Shown piece after piece: positions 11,237 to 25,938 of a stretch of 64,000 nt of DNA. Position 1 is the stretch's first letter. Each line of letters begins with the position of its first letter. A program made the position numbers and the translations under genes. Origin of the DNA: Eledone cirrhosa (taxonomy: Eukaryota); contig OZ024741.1 in the NCBI GenBank assembly GCA_964016885.1, positions 215,016,001-215,080,000 of the forward strand, written 5' to 3'. The notes under the pieces were generated by a model. The model saw only the letters and a program-made list of their open reading frames with translations, was not told the DNA's origin and did not search any database.

Positions 11237-11363
11237 GTATATATATGTTCTCACATTCTTACACACAGATTATATTCATATCTATATCTTTCTTTATATA
11301 TATCTATCTATGTATCCCCCCCCCATCTCTCTCTGTACATATATATGTGTGTGTATATATATC

Positions 11364-11442
<79 letters not shown>

Positions 11443-11733
11443 CTGTGTGTGTGAACACACCTATACATGTGTGAAGATTTTAAAAATATGTTTAACATCA
11501 TTTACTCCTATAATTCATGATGGGAATCACTCAAGCAGAAACGCACTCAGACGTGGAACCAGTCGAGCATGATTTCCCTCAGATATAAGAAATCGTACAA
11601 CCAGTCAAGCATAGCTGCATGTAAGAAGACACACTTGGAAAGATGCATAGTTTGCAGTGTGTATATATATATGTGTGTGTGTGTGTGTTTGTGTATGTGC
11701 ACTCGTGTATTTCACTCATTCTCACCAAATCTT

Positions 11734-11790
<57 letters not shown>

Positions 11791-11869
11791 TATATATATA
11801 TATATAAACTGTATATATATATATATATTTACGTATATATATATAAATATACACGCACACCTGCAAGGT

Positions 11870-11900
<31 letters not shown>

Positions 11901-12089
11901 CTTGCAGGTGTGTGTACGTGTTTGTTTGTGAGTGTGTGTGGACGTGTGTAGACGTGTGTAGACGTGTGTAGACGTGTGTAGAGAGACAACTTGATAAAGT
12001 ACGGCAAAAATTTAGATTATATTCTAAAATAGATTTCAATATAGACTGAGAATTAGACAAGGCATCTCCAAGTGCACATTCATTCCTGT

Positions 12090-15000
12090 AAACAGACACA
12101 CACACACACGCACGCACACATACATACGCACACATACATACGCACACACACAATACACACACACTCACACACATAGATACCCCCCACACACACACACATA
12201 TACACACTCACACACACACGATACATACACACACACAATACACACACTTACACACATACATACACACACACTCACACACACAATACACACACACACACAT
12301 ACACTCACACTCACACACAAACATACATACACACACACTCACACACGTAGATTCCCACACAAACACGCACGCTCACACACACACATACGCAAACACACAC
12401 ACAGTACACACACACACACATACACACATATACACACTCACACACACACGATACATACACACACACAATACACACACTTACACACATACATACACACACA
12501 CTCACACACACAATACACACACACACACATACACTCACACTCACACACAAACATACATACACACACACTCACACACGTAGATTCCCACACAAACACGCAC
12601 GCTCACACACACACATACGCAAACACACACACAGTACACACACACACACATACACACATATATACACACACACACACACACATACACACACATATATATA
12701 CACACACACGCACACATACACTTACTTACAAGCATAAACGAACACAGCCACTCACAGAGACACACACATTGACACACTCACAGTTACACACATATAGAAA
12801 CACTCAATCGCAGACACACACATACACAGACACACACTAATACAGACACAGACGTACACATACACACAAGTACACAGACACACAATAACACAGACACACA
12901 CTAATACAGACACACATGTACACAGACACACACTAATACAGACACACACGTACACAGACACACACTAACACTGACACACACTAACACAGACACACACTAA
13001 TACAGACACACATGTACACAGACACACAGGTACACAGACACACACTAACACAGATAAAGACTAATACAGACATACACGTACACAGACACACAGATGCACA
13101 GACACTCACTAACACAGACACACACTAACACAGACACACACTAATACTGACACACACGTACACAGACACACAGTAACACAGACACACATATACACAGACA
13201 CACACGAACACAGGCAGACAGGTACACAGACATACACGTAGACAGACACACACGTACACAGACACACACTAACACAGACACACATGTACACAGATACACA
13301 CTAATAAGGACACACACGTACACAGACACACACATACACAGACACACACGTACACAGACACACACGTACACAGACACACACGTACACAGACACACACTAA
13401 CACAGACACACACTAACACAGATACACACTAATACTGACACACACGTACACAGACACACAGTAACACAGACACACATATACACAGACACACACTAACACA
13501 GACAGACAGGTACACAGACATACATGTAGACAGACACACAGGTACACAGACACACACTAACACAGACACACATGTACACACACACACACTAATACAGACA
13601 CACACGTACACAGACACACAGATACACAGACACACACGTACACAGACACACACGTACACAGACACACACTAACACAGACACATACGTACACAGACACACA
13701 CGTACACAGAAAAAACACTAACACAAACATACACGTACACAAACACACATGTACACAGACACACACGTACACAGACACACACTAACACAGACACACACGT
13801 ACAGAGACACACACGTACACAGACACACACTAACACACACTAACACAGACACACATGTACACAGACACACACTAACACAGACACACACGTACACAGACAC
13901 ACACTAACACAGACACACACTAACACAGACACACATATACACAGACACACACTAACACAGACACACACGTACACAGACACACACTAACACAGACACACAC
14001 TAACACAGACACACATAAACACAGACACACACTAACACAGGCAGACACTAACACAGACACACACTAATACAGACACAGACGTACACATACACACACCTAC
14101 ACAGACACACACTAACACAGACACACACTAACACAGACACACACGTACACAGACATACACCTACACAGACACACGTACACAGACACACACCAACACAGAC
14201 ACACACTAACACAGACACACACGTGCACAGACTCACACTAACACAGACACACACTAACACAGACACACAAGTACACAGACATACACCTACACAGACACAC
14301 GCGTACACAGACACACACTAACACAGACACACAGTAACACATCACACACTAACACATACACACACATACACAGACACACACGTACACAGACACACTCTAA
14401 TACAGACACACACTAACACAAACACACACGTACACAGACACACACGTACACAGACACACACTAACACAGACACACACTAACACAGCCTCACACGTACACA
14501 AACACACACGTACACAGACACACACTAACACAGACACACACGTACACAGACATACACCTACACAGACACACACTAACACAGACACACACTAACACAGACA
14601 CACATGTACACAGACACACACGAACACAGACACACACTAAAACAGACCCACACATACATAGACACACACGCACTCAACCACCAAACATAAGCGCACACAT
14701 CCACTAACAGACATACACTCACACGTATAAATGCACACACAGTCATGCACAGAGGCCCACACACTCACAGACACACTGACATAGGCACACAGCCACAGGC
14801 ACATACACACACACTGACACAAGCACACACACACACACACACACGCACACACTGACACAGGCACACACACACACGCACACACTGACACAGGCACACACAC
14901 ACACAGACTGACACAGGCACACACACGCACACACTGACACAGGCACACACACACACACACACTGACACAGGCACCCGAACAGACATTGTACTACAGAATA

Positions 15001-15110
15001 ATTCTGGCATCCACATACATCCGAGTATATTTGACACACACACATACACATACAAAACTCTATCATACACACAACCTCACACGCGCATGCAGACACACAG
15101 GTGTACATAC
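12090..15110. repeat. CA-rich compound micro/minisatellite (ACACAGACACAC with TA/GT variants)
   Basis: About 3 kb of ~16-bp degenerate units, including a ~230-bp tandem duplication at ~12190-12650. Confidence 0.92.
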
Positions 15111-15298
15111 ATACAACGAATTACACACACTGAATGGGATATACACGTGTGTAAGATATACATGTGTGTAAGATATACATGTGTGTAAGGTATACATGTG
15201 TGTAAGGTATACATGTGTGTTAGATATATACGGGTGTAAAGAAAATGATTATTTTCTTTCTTCCTCTCACTCTCTGTTTCATTTTCAAAATCATTCTT

Positions 15299-15371
<73 letters not shown>

Positions 15372-15372
<1 letters not shown>

Positions 15373-16073
15373 AAATTCAGCGAGAATCGTATTTCGGCGG
15401 GTAGAAAAAGCGAAACGAAACGCAAAATCGTAGTTATGGTGGCAAGCGCTCCAATAGTTAAAAAATTAGAGCTAAACAATATGTTAAAACGCCATACAAA
15501 CTGAAAAAGTGGTCAAGAAGGCATTAACCACCTAAGCCAAAAAACAAATCAAGTTAAACAGGTCAAACAAAATAAATGATAAAAACAGACCTGGACCCAA
15601 ATGGAATTGATGGTAAAATCCAAATGCAGGGTTTCTATGACACCTAAATCAATAATACTGTCTGCTTAAGCTTTTAGCATAATGATCGAACAAGGAATAT
15701 TACGTTATCAACAGGTATTTTGCTCTGCACCAACTTTGTGAATGACGTAGAACTTTGTAAAAGCACATGTGTAATTCACAAGGGGAAAAACCCCAGATTT
15801 TGGCAAATGAATTCAGTATGTGTATATCATGGAAAAAATTGCATAGATAGCACAAATCGAATAAGCACTCAACCGGGTAGTTTTTAAAATAAACTTATGC
15901 AATTAATCTGTCAATAGAATTATTAACGGGTTAATTGTAAGACTCGGGAGATTAATACAAATATAAATTCAGCGAGAATCGGATTTCGGCGAGTAGAAAA
16001 AGCGAAACGAAACGCAAAATCGTAGTTATGCTGGCAAGCGCTCCAATAGTTAAAAAACTAGAGCTAAACAATA
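15372..16073. repeat. ~110-bp direct repeats (15372-15482, 15965-16073) flanking ~480 bp
   Basis: AAATTCAGCGAGAATCG.ATTTCGGCG.GTAGAAAAAGCGAAACGAAACGCAAAATCGTAG...GAGCTAAACAATAT occurs twice. Confidence 0.85.
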
Positions 16074-16086
16074 TATATATCCATTC

Positions 16087-18450
16087 GTGAAAATATATAT
16101 AAAGGAGAACAAACCGTTAAAACATGTTTATTTAAATCAGCACCTACGTACGTTTCGCCCGAAAAGGACTTCTCAAGAGCGTAAAAAAACTAAAGAGTGT
16201 TCCTTACGTGACCCAGAAGTGGTTTTAAAGATAAATTCACATCACAGTTCATTCTTCGAAAAGCACATGTATTGTTTTTGCAGTAGATCAGGGGAAATAA
16301 CTCTAGCCGGTGTTAGAACAGTGTTCCCCAAGCTATTTGTTACCCGTTACTACTTTGTGGGTGCTGCTTTACCTTTGTCGATTCACGCCGGGTCTGGGAT
16401 GCACGGTTGGTTTCTAGATGTGTATTTGCAGCGCCTGCACACCTGGGTGTTAAGGTTTAGTGCAGGGGGAGCCGGTTTCTGGTTTTCATACCTCATTCTT
16501 ATTCCATCTGGAGTAAGACATCTTTATACGGTGCCTGCAGTTTATCACCGATTCTGTTCTGCTGTTGATGAGCTCAGGGGGTGCCGTTATGATATGGTAA
16601 AGCTCCATGAGGCAAAGCTCGCACTTCCTCTTGAAATTTTACGGTGCTGCTCTACCGACAATTTCCCAGTGTGTGGAGAAGCTGATGTTTGAGTCTTTTA
16701 ATGCTGTGATGTAATTGGCGAGCGAAGTGGAGTGTCTTAGTTTTTTGTTTGTGAAAGAGTGGAGATGTGTTCGAAATCTATTTTTGAACGGGCCAGAGGT
16801 GGCCCCTATATAATGTTTAACGCTATTATGGCTAGTTATGGTGCACCTATAAATAACCTTATCTGTCAGGCAATTTCCCCTAAGGGTACAGCTTCCCCTG
16901 TCACGACAGTTGCATTTTCGGTCGCAGTCACTTCTAGTTCCCGAGGTAAGGCTATTATTATTGCTATCTATGTTGTTACCTACGGCTCTATCCCTGTCGT
17001 TAGTACTATTATATCCCACAGCGTGCGGAGTAGTACTATTATCACTCCGCACGCCGCAGTGCCTTCTGTTGTCGTCAGATGACCCGTACGGGTCACCAGC
17101 ATATTCCCCAGTCATGTCGCGGTTATGTTGGTTGCGTCTGTTGTGGCTGTTGCCAGCACTATTGGGTGCTGCTAGGGAGACGTTAAGGCCGTTATGGTTA
17201 TTGTCAGGTATAGAGGTATCGGTGTTAAGGTGCTGTGTTTTGGTGATCTTACTGTGATTAGTTGTTCCTATCATGTCTGCTAGGTTAGGAGTAGTAGAGA
17301 AGGATATTTTAATATATTCCTATTCAGGATTTTCCTATATTTATGGTTGGGTGAGAAGTTCTTCTCTAAGGCTTCGAAGAATATCCGGGGTACGATGGAG
17401 GCCACACTCCAAGAGTAGGGAGGATGGAACCATAGGACGTTACGGTGGCGGTTCCGTGTATTAGTAGGTTTGCTATACGTTGTGCTTTCTAGGTAACCGT
17501 TCTTATGCATATTATTGTGCTGTAGCCAGTTATGTGACCCTTTCGCTTTATGCTCGGGTGCACTCGGCTTCCTTCTGCTGCGTTTATGTGTAGCAAGACG
17601 CTGGTTGGAAGACGTTGGTAGTAGGCTATCGCCATTGCTGATCTTATAGTAGGGGAATAATTCTAGTAGGCTACAGCGGTCACTGTCACCAGTGTCGTGA
17701 TCTTTATTGTGCGGTAGGTTTTCTACACCATCGCTCGTGTAATTAACGTCGCGGCCGTGTTTCTTAGTGCGATTGTCTATACTATAGTTCCTGACTCTGT
17801 CTAAGCCGCTGCGTACTCGGTTATAGGTATGGCTTACTATAACATTAGTCATATGGGGGGGTGGTTTCTAGAGCTAACGTTAGGGTTGTAACAGGTTCTT
17901 CGGTTAAATCCGGCACTTAGCAAGGCCTTATTGTAGTATTCTGCCGCTTGGTTGAAGATATCCTCGTTGGCGGAGAGCCTCGCGATCCTATGTGAAATGC
18001 TATAAACTATGGAGTTGAGAGTAGGCTTAGGGTGGTTTGAGGCATAATTAATATGAGATAAAATCTCTCTGGGCTTATGGTATGGCCCGTACTCAACTCC
18101 AGGGTCACGTCCAGGAAGTTGACTACCTGGTGGTTGAGGTCCATAGTCACGGATAGGCCGTATGACTTGAAGAATCTGTGTATGTGCTTGTTAAGGTTCT
18201 CTATCCTGCGGGGGCTATGGTTTCTAACGGTAAACAGGGCGTCGTCTCTATACACATCTCCTTGTAGGACAGGTATCTCGTCGCTAAGTCTATGGAAGAG
18301 GTATATTCCGACAAGGTCAGTTGATTGGGCCGAGTCACTGGACCCCATCGTTATATCGAAGTTATCAGGACGGTTGGTTCTGGTCCAGTGGGAGCCTTCG
18401 AACTGGATAATGGTTCTACGCGCCGTTAGTACTATATCTATCTCTTTTTA
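16087..18450 (-). pseudogene. Penelope-like retroelement, 5'-truncated and frameshifted (RT + GIY-YIG; probably Naiad-type)
   Basis: RT: MGSSDSAQSTDLVG, VYRDDALF, VNFLDVTL. Thumb/linker: SNHP..., RNVLWFHPPYS. Endonuclease: CNC..CTLRGNCL..VIYRC..HYIGATSGPFKNRF..H, then CELCLMEL...INSRTE...CRH. Split over several frames. Confidence 0.9.
16141..16182 (-). ncRNA. HHR variant with U3-A8 core in the PLE 3' region
   Basis: The reverse complement is TTGAGAA-GTCC TTTTC GGGC-GAA-ACGTACGT-A. Stem I is weak. Confidence 0.6.
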
Positions 18451-18475
18451 GTGAGGTTAGTGTTAGACTTAGCTA

Positions 18476-18600
<125 letters not shown>

Positions 18601-18894
18601 ATGTTTTGGTTGACTTTCGTCTCCGAACATTCGGTATGTGTGTGCGCTTGTTATTTACGATTTTTATTTATATACGTTTATATATTATTTATTTATTTAT
18701 TTGTATACACGCATACACACACACACATATTTATATGCGTGTGGTTTTGTATACCTATGGTAAGTGTTTTGCATATGCTTGTGTATGTACGTATTTGTTT
18801 GCGTGTATGTATTTATATATTTATATTACTTATGTATTTATTTACTTTGTTCTTAACTCTGTAGCGGAGATTCATTCGGTCTCCTAGTTAGAAT

Positions 18895-19167
18895 TTTAGT
18901 CTACGACTTCTGCTATACCATTTACGTGGTTTTGTCTTTGCGTGCTATTGTTCTCCACGCTCCACATATGACGTATGATCTTCGTTTTTTTCGTTCATTG
19001 CCAGAGAACGTCTCTATGAACCACATAAGAGAACATTAGTCTACGACCTCTTTTATACCATAAACTTGGTTCTGTCTTTGCGTGTAATTGTTTTTCACCG
19101 CTCCTATTAATGACGTATCTTATTCGTTTTTTCCCGTTCTTTACCAGCGAACGTTTCCACGAACCAA
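18895..19167. repeat. Two diverged ~140-bp tandem units
   Basis: TTAGTCTACGAC...TGTCTTTGCGTG...ATGACGTAT...CCAG.GAACGT....GAACCA occurs twice. Confidence 0.75.
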
Positions 19168-19654
19168 AGTATCGTCTTCCTCCGGTTGCAAAGTTTTTTG
19201 AAATATCCAGTTCTGCGTTTACAGATTGACTTTGTTAGTTTCAGAAGATCCCGTTAAGGGTGAAAGCAGCGATTCTTTGCTTAAACTTTAATCTGTTATT
19301 TTAATAAATATTTGCTCTACGGTTCTTATATATTTGATATATATTTATCCTTATCGAGCCCTCTTTAGATTTTAGTCTTGAAATGTATTATTATTAATTA
19401 TTATATATATATATATATATATCTTAGCTAAGTCTAACATATATTTCAACGATACCAAAGTTTTGGTACCCTTGAAATATATATAATAGAATAAATATGG
19501 TTTTATAAATATAGTTTCCATTTATTAATATCATTGATATTATACTCCAGAAAAACTGTCGAGTGCTTCGAATCCGTTATAAATATATTTGTGGAATTAC
19601 CAACAAATTAAATATCTCTTTGCTCATATATATATATATATATATATATATGAA

Positions 19655-19958
19655 AAAAGTATGACCCCGACGGCAGAGCTCAAGCCGTTTCGACGGTAGA
19701 AGTACTCTGGTGCGTCTGGTTCCTTACCACATTTCCTTTGTTATATATATATAGGAATAAGTATGACCCCGACGGCAGCGCTCAAGCCGTTTCGACGGCT
19801 ATTTCTGGACAGAAATAGCCGTCGAAACGGCTTGAGCTCTGCCGTCGTGGTCATAACTTTTCCTATTTCCCACTCTACTACCCTAAGTATTGAGTACTCT
19901 GGTGCGTTATGGTCCATCTGGTTCCTTACCACAATTCCTTTGTTTATATATATATATT

Positions 19959-20023
<65 letters not shown>

Positions 20024-20191
20024 ATATTTGGGGAGGGTCATATTTGCGTAATATTGCCAGAATTAATAACAGAACACACTCACTGTTTGGTTGGTTTTCG
20101 CTTCTCGCTGTCTTTTATATCTGCGATCTAACTTACTCGGTCCTCAATGTTGCCATTGACTGACCGACGGTCAAAAATAATTCATCGCCGC

Positions 20192-20222
<31 letters not shown>

Positions 20223-20415
20223 GAAAATGTTCAAGAACCCGACAGCAGTGCTCAAGCCGTTCTGACGACTATTTTTGGAGTCCAGAAATAGCCGTCAAAA
20301 CGGTTTGAGCTCTGCCGTCGGCATCTTGAACATTTTCATATTTCCCATTCTACTACCTTAAGTATTGAGTACTCTGGTGCGTTATGGTCCATCTGGTTCC
20401 TTACCACACTTCCTA
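19655..20415. repeat. Fold-back repeat family F3 (long hairpins at 19762-19855 and 20222-20340); another copy at 62900-63005
   Basis: GACGGCAG.GCTCAAGCCGTTTCGACGGCTATTTCTG/CAGAAATAGCCGTCGAAACGGCTTGAGCTCTGCCGTCG palindrome with a shared tail TACTCTGGTGCG.TATGGTCCATCTGGTTCCTTACCAC. Confidence 0.85.
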
Positions 20416-20529
20416 CGTTAAATTGAATCGACACGGGAACGGATGAAGTGTGTGCTTTTGGGTTCTTCATCCGTTCCCGTGTCGATTCAATTTGTATTGC
20501 CTTGGAAACATAACCTTATTATGTAACAA

Positions 20530-20603
20530 GCTGTCTGATGATGTCATGACACTCGCACACAGAACAGTGTGGCCAGTGTCGTCATTCAAATATATATCAC
20601 AGC
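20530..20603 (+). ncRNA. Type I HHR with a single core lesion (G12C)
   Basis: GCTGT-CTGATGA-long stem II (TGACACT..AGTGTCG)-CAA-ATATATAT-C-ACAGC: perfect stem I and palindromic stem III. Confidence 0.6.
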
Positions 20604-21889
20604 ATTATTATTAAAGGACTTGAACATCTGAAACTACTTCGCTTTTCCTTATTCGATATTTACTCCGTCACTCCTATGTGGAAAAAGTACGTTGAGTGCT
20701 TGAATTGAATTGCATCAATATTTACCCTAATAATATATATATATATATATAGATATATATCAAAGGTATATATTGAGTTAGAAACTCAAAATAGTCTCTT
20801 ACAATAAAATAGCTCTAGGAAAGAGATTTTTCCGAGCCGTGTATTATAATTGAATATAAAAGAAAAACAAACACAGACATATACACATATGTGTTCAAAT
20901 CGTAAGGGACCAGATTCACTAAGGTGAAAAGAATACTAACTATAGGCAATAAGGTTTGCCAGACTCAATTTAAGAATAAATAAAGAAAATATATACAAAC
21001 CGGAATTGTGGTAACTACCAATCACCCTGACAGCTCTGGCTATGCTGTTTCGCCAAATTAATTGTGAAGAGGAATACCAATTCTTGTTCATCAGTGGGCG
21101 AAAAATTAGTATCCTGGTCACTTCTAAGTATATTAAAAAACTGAATAGTGTGCGTATATATAATAACGTATATATAATATATATATAATATACGGCTCGG
21201 AAAAATCGCTTTCCTAAAGCTATTTTATTGTAAGAGACTATTTTGAGTTTGTAACTCAATATATACCTTTGATATATTCGGCTCCGTTAATTTGTTGAGC
21301 TAATTCAAATGTCGAGTAAACCTGGCTGCTATGTTTAGTGGTGTGAGTTTGTGAGACACGCTCAGTTCAGATACCATGTACGTTATTATATATAAGCACA
21401 ATATTCAGTTTTTTAATATACTTAGAGGTATATTAAAAAGCATGGTGTCCGACTCTCTACCGATATTGCCAACCCACCACCCTTGAATATTCTATATATT
21501 AATACTTCACTCCTTACCCTTCTTTCACCTTCCTTCACCTTCTTCCTCTTATCACTCCAGTCACCACCGAGATTTATTTTACATTCATTTAAATCAATTA
21601 CAACACTTTCCTTCTTTCTTTTCATTAATCATTATCAAACATTAACCCTCCAAATTATGAAGAATTTCTTCGTAATATATTCATGGGTGACAGATGAATA
21701 TATTACGGTACTGGTCTCCACTGTATTTGATGAGGAAATCGATAATAGTGTCGAAGCTAATTGTAATCGATTAAGGCTACAAGGTGGTCATTTGCCATAC
21801 TTGTTCGAGAAAAAATACACCACCCGGTCAAAGAATGGAAACCTCCACCTTATGATGTTGAATCTATCAACCTAACTAATAGGGGTCGT

Positions 21890-22830
21890 GTCATCACACA
21901 CACACACACACACGTACGTTCATACACAACACACACACATACACTCACATACACACACAGACACACGTACGTTCATACACAACACACCCACACAAACTCA
22001 CACACACGCACATACACACACATACACTCACATACACACACAGACACACGTACGTTCATACACAACACACACCCACACAAACTCACACACACGCACATAC
22101 ACACACATACACTCACATACACACACAGACACACGTACGTTCATACACAACACACACCCACACAAACTCACACACACGCACATACACACACATACACTCA
22201 CATACACACACAGACACACGTACGTTCATACACAACACACACCCACACAAACTCACACACACGCACATACACACACACATACACTCACATACACACACAG
22301 ACACACGTACGTTCATACACAACACACACCCACACAAACTCACACATACACATACACACACACACACTCACATACACACACAGACACACGTACGCTCATA
22401 CACAACACACACCCACACTAACTCACACACACACACACACACTCACATACACACACAGACACACGTACGCTCATACACAACACACACCCACACTAACTCA
22501 CACACACACACACATACACACACAGACACACGTACGCTCATACACAACACACACCCACACAAACTCACACACAGACACACGTACGTTCATACACAACACA
22601 CACAGACACACGTACGTTCATACACAACACACACTCACACAAACTCACACATACACATACACACACACACACACACTCACATACACACACAGACACACGT
22701 ACGCTCATACACAACAAACACCCACACAAACTCACACACACACACATACACACACACACACTCAGATACACACATACACACGTACGCTCATACACAATAC
22801 ATACACCAACACATTCACATACACACACCA
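21890..22830. repeat. CA-rich minisatellite, ~85-bp unit
   Basis: ACAGACACACGTACGTTCATACACAACACACACCCACACAAACTC repeats about 10 times. Confidence 0.9.
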
Positions 22831-22870
22831 TATACGGTGTTTAAGACTGTCAGTAAAGATAGGTCAACAT

Positions 22871-23325
22871 TGGGTAATTTCTGGCCTTGTGTCAATAGTA
22901 GAAACAATTATTACACTGGAAATAGGCGGTGGGTTGGCAGTATCGGTAGAGAGTCGGACGCCATGCTTTCCAGCATAATTACGTCCCTTTACGATCTGAG
23001 TTCAAATCCCGCCGAGGTTGACTTTGCCTTTCATCCTTCCGGGGACGATAAAATAAAGTACCAGTAATGTACTGGGTAATTGCTGGCCTTGTGCCTAATG
23101 TAGAGACAGTTATTACACTGGAAATAGGCGGTGGATTGGCAGTATCAGTAGAGGGTCGGACGCCATGCTTTGACGGAAAGAGTTATGTCCCTTTACGATC
23201 TGAGTTCAAATCCCGCCAAGGTTAACTTTGCCTTTCATCCTTACGGGGTCGATAAAATAAAGTACCAGTAATGTACTGGGTATTTGCTGGTCTTGTGCGA
23301 AAAGTAGAAACAATTATTACACTAG
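22871..23325 (+). mobile_element. Head-to-tail SINE S1 array (tail + 2 full copies, period ~201 bp)
   Basis: Copies start at ~22925 and ~23126, and each junction has the same spacer TATTACACTGGAAATA. Confidence 0.88.
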
Positions 23326-23419
23326 AAATGACATGGTTCGCTCTTGTTGAGTGGCTTTTGCCTTTCCAATCAATTATTTCACTTAAATATCAAGCTTACT
23401 AAAGTACAACTGCTGCGGT

Positions 23420-24095
23420 GGTGACGGTGGTGGCATCAGTGTTGGGGCTGGTGACATTGGTTGTTTTACTGATGATGTTTGTGGTGGTGATGTTTGTGGT
23501 TGGTGATGTTTGTGGTTGGTGATGTTTGTGGTTGGTGATGTTTGTGGTTGGTGATGGTGATATTTGTGGTCGCGGTTGCGGTTTTTGCGGTGGTGATAGT
23601 GGTGGTGATAGTGGTGGTGATATTTGTGGTTGCGGTTGTGGTTGTTGTGGTGTTGATAGTGGTGGTGATATTTGTGGTTGCGGTTGTGGTTGTTGTTGTA
23701 GTGATAGGGGTGGTGATAGTGGTGGTGATATTTGTGGTGATATTTGTGGTTGCGGTTGTGGTTGTTGTGGTGGTGATAGTGGTGGTGATGTTTGTGGTGA
23801 TATTTGTAGTTGCAGTTGTGGTTGTTGTGGTGGTGATAGCGGTGGTGATGTTTGTGGTGATATTTGTAGTTGCAGTTGTTGTGGTTGTGGTGGTGATAGT
23901 GGTGGTGATATTTGTGGTGATATTTGTAGTTGCAGTTGTTGTGGTTGTGGTGGTGATAGTGGTGGTGATATTTGTAGTTGCAGTTGTTGTGGTTGTGGTG
24001 GTGATAGTGGTGGTGATGTTTGTGGTGATATTTGTGGTTACAGTTGTGGTGGTAGTGGTGGTTGTTGTTGTAGTTGTGGTGATAGTGGTGGTGAT
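23420..24095. repeat. GGT/GTT-rich minisatellite (39-51-bp units)
   Basis: GTGATATTTGTGGTTGCGGTTGTGGTTGTTGTGGTGGTGATAGTGGTG repeats. Confidence 0.9.
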
Positions 24096-24524
24096 GAAAA
24101 GAAAGCGCGTATGTACGTGTAGGTGTGGGTGTGTGTTGAAACGTAGATTATACCTTTCGTTAAATAAACATACAGTATTAAAAAGTCTATGCAATGTAGT
24201 AAATATATAGTTACCACAAACTTTATTTCTTTCTCTGTGCGGACAGATTGGTATGGCTTTGAAGAGCTTCTCATCTTGTTAAAACTTAATCGAAGAGAAT
24301 ACCAGTCTTCCTTAAAGTTTAGTTGCTTAAACATGTTTACAGTTGTTTCTAGTATATACGGATTAAAACTCAGTTAAGTTGGTTTGTCTAAACGGCAGAA
24401 GAGTTCATGGGCTGAGAACGCGGATTAACTAATATACAGTATATTTCCTTTACATTTTTAAGTATTACAAACAAATCCAGGTACTAGCCCCATCTCCCTA
24501 CCACTCATTCTCGCTTTCTCTTTG

Positions 24525-24560
<36 letters not shown>

Positions 24561-24562
<2 letters not shown>

Positions 24563-25417
24563 CTATATAATATTTTGAGAATAAGCTCTCAATCCTTTAC
24601 AATAATTAAGCTCCAGGAAAGGGGCATTTCCGAGCAGTTAAATACATTAAAATATATGATAAACACAAAACGTGTTTGCATTGCAACAGACAGTCAGCTA
24701 TTAATGAACTAATTAAAGTGAATATTATTTGTCTGTCTCGATATAAGTCAATAAAGACAAACTTATATTGGCAACTGCCATGATTCCTGGACAGATTTAA
24801 ATTTCAAAATCCAAACCTGTTCTGTAGACGAATTTGAACCTCGAAACCTAAATCCGTTTCGCAATGGTGGTATGCTCGGAAATGCCCCTTTCCTGGAGCT
24901 TAATTATTGTAAAGGACTGAGAGCTTATTCTCAAAATATTATATAGTATATTGCTCCTTAAATGTTAGAGCTGATCTTTAATCCCGCATATATGGCTGTT
25001 ATTTCTAGCACCGTTAATGCGGGACGGCTAGTTTGGTCTGGCTATACACGTGTAGTCAGACTTGCAAAATTTTTTGATGTGAGATGTACTAATTTCTACT
25101 GGATTCCTGTTAATATGCACAGAAGATTTGGATATTTCACTTTTTATTTCAATTCCATTTCGATTCTCTTTATTTTTTAAATTCACATACCACCATTGCG
25201 AAACGGTTTTAGGGTTCGAGGTTCAAATTCGTCTACAGAACAGGTTTGGATTTTGAAATTTAAATCTGTCCAGGAATCATGGCAGTTGCCAATATAAGTT
25301 TGTCTTTATTGACTTATATCGAGACAGACAAATTATATTCACTTTAATTAGTTTATTTCATTAATAGCTGACTGTCTGTTGCAATGCAAACACGTTTTGT
25401 GTTTATCATATATTTTA

Positions 25418-25420
<3 letters not shown>
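24561..25420. repeat. Nested inverted repeats (F2-related fold-back)
   Basis: 24561-24635 is inverted at 24873-24950, and ~24640-24875 is inverted at ~25186-25420. Confidence 0.85.
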
Positions 25421-25467
<47 letters not shown>

Positions 25468-25574
25468 ATGTGTATATATATATATATATATAGTGAAAAA
25501 TTGAACGGGAACAAAACAGAGAGGCAGTACGAACAAAGGTTTATTAATTTCACGCTCTTGAGAGTGGGGTGGTG

Positions 25575-25622
<48 letters not shown>

Positions 25623-25694
25623 GAATCTTTAAATACCACCAAATGTGCTTTATTTATCTATTAACCTATATATACATATATATATATAATTAGT

Positions 25695-25771
25695 ATATAA
25701 TTGGTACTTTTCAATCTAGCTAACTTGGTCATTTGCAATACGAACACTTGTATACTTGTATCAGTGTTTAT

Positions 25772-25839
<68 letters not shown>

Positions 25840-25895
25840 ATAAACACTGATACAAGTATACATGATTCGTATTGCAAATTCGTATCAGTGTTTAT

Positions 25896-25938
<43 letters not shown>

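Noticed and set aside
16087-16692. 201-aa plus-strand ORF
   Set aside because: It is antisense to the PLE C-terminus and 3' UTR, with no recognisable motifs.
16540-16930. Selenocysteine (in-frame UGA) recoding as reported for some Naiad PLEs
   Set aside because: The conserved Cys positions here and at 42660-43075 and 44100-44455 are ordinary TGY codons. The breaks I could trace are frameshifts or stops away from Cys positions.
19238-19275. HHR-like CAGAAGA-TCCC/GGGT-GAAAGC
   Set aside because: U4 is mutated and there is no UH triplet or stem I; at best a dead relic.
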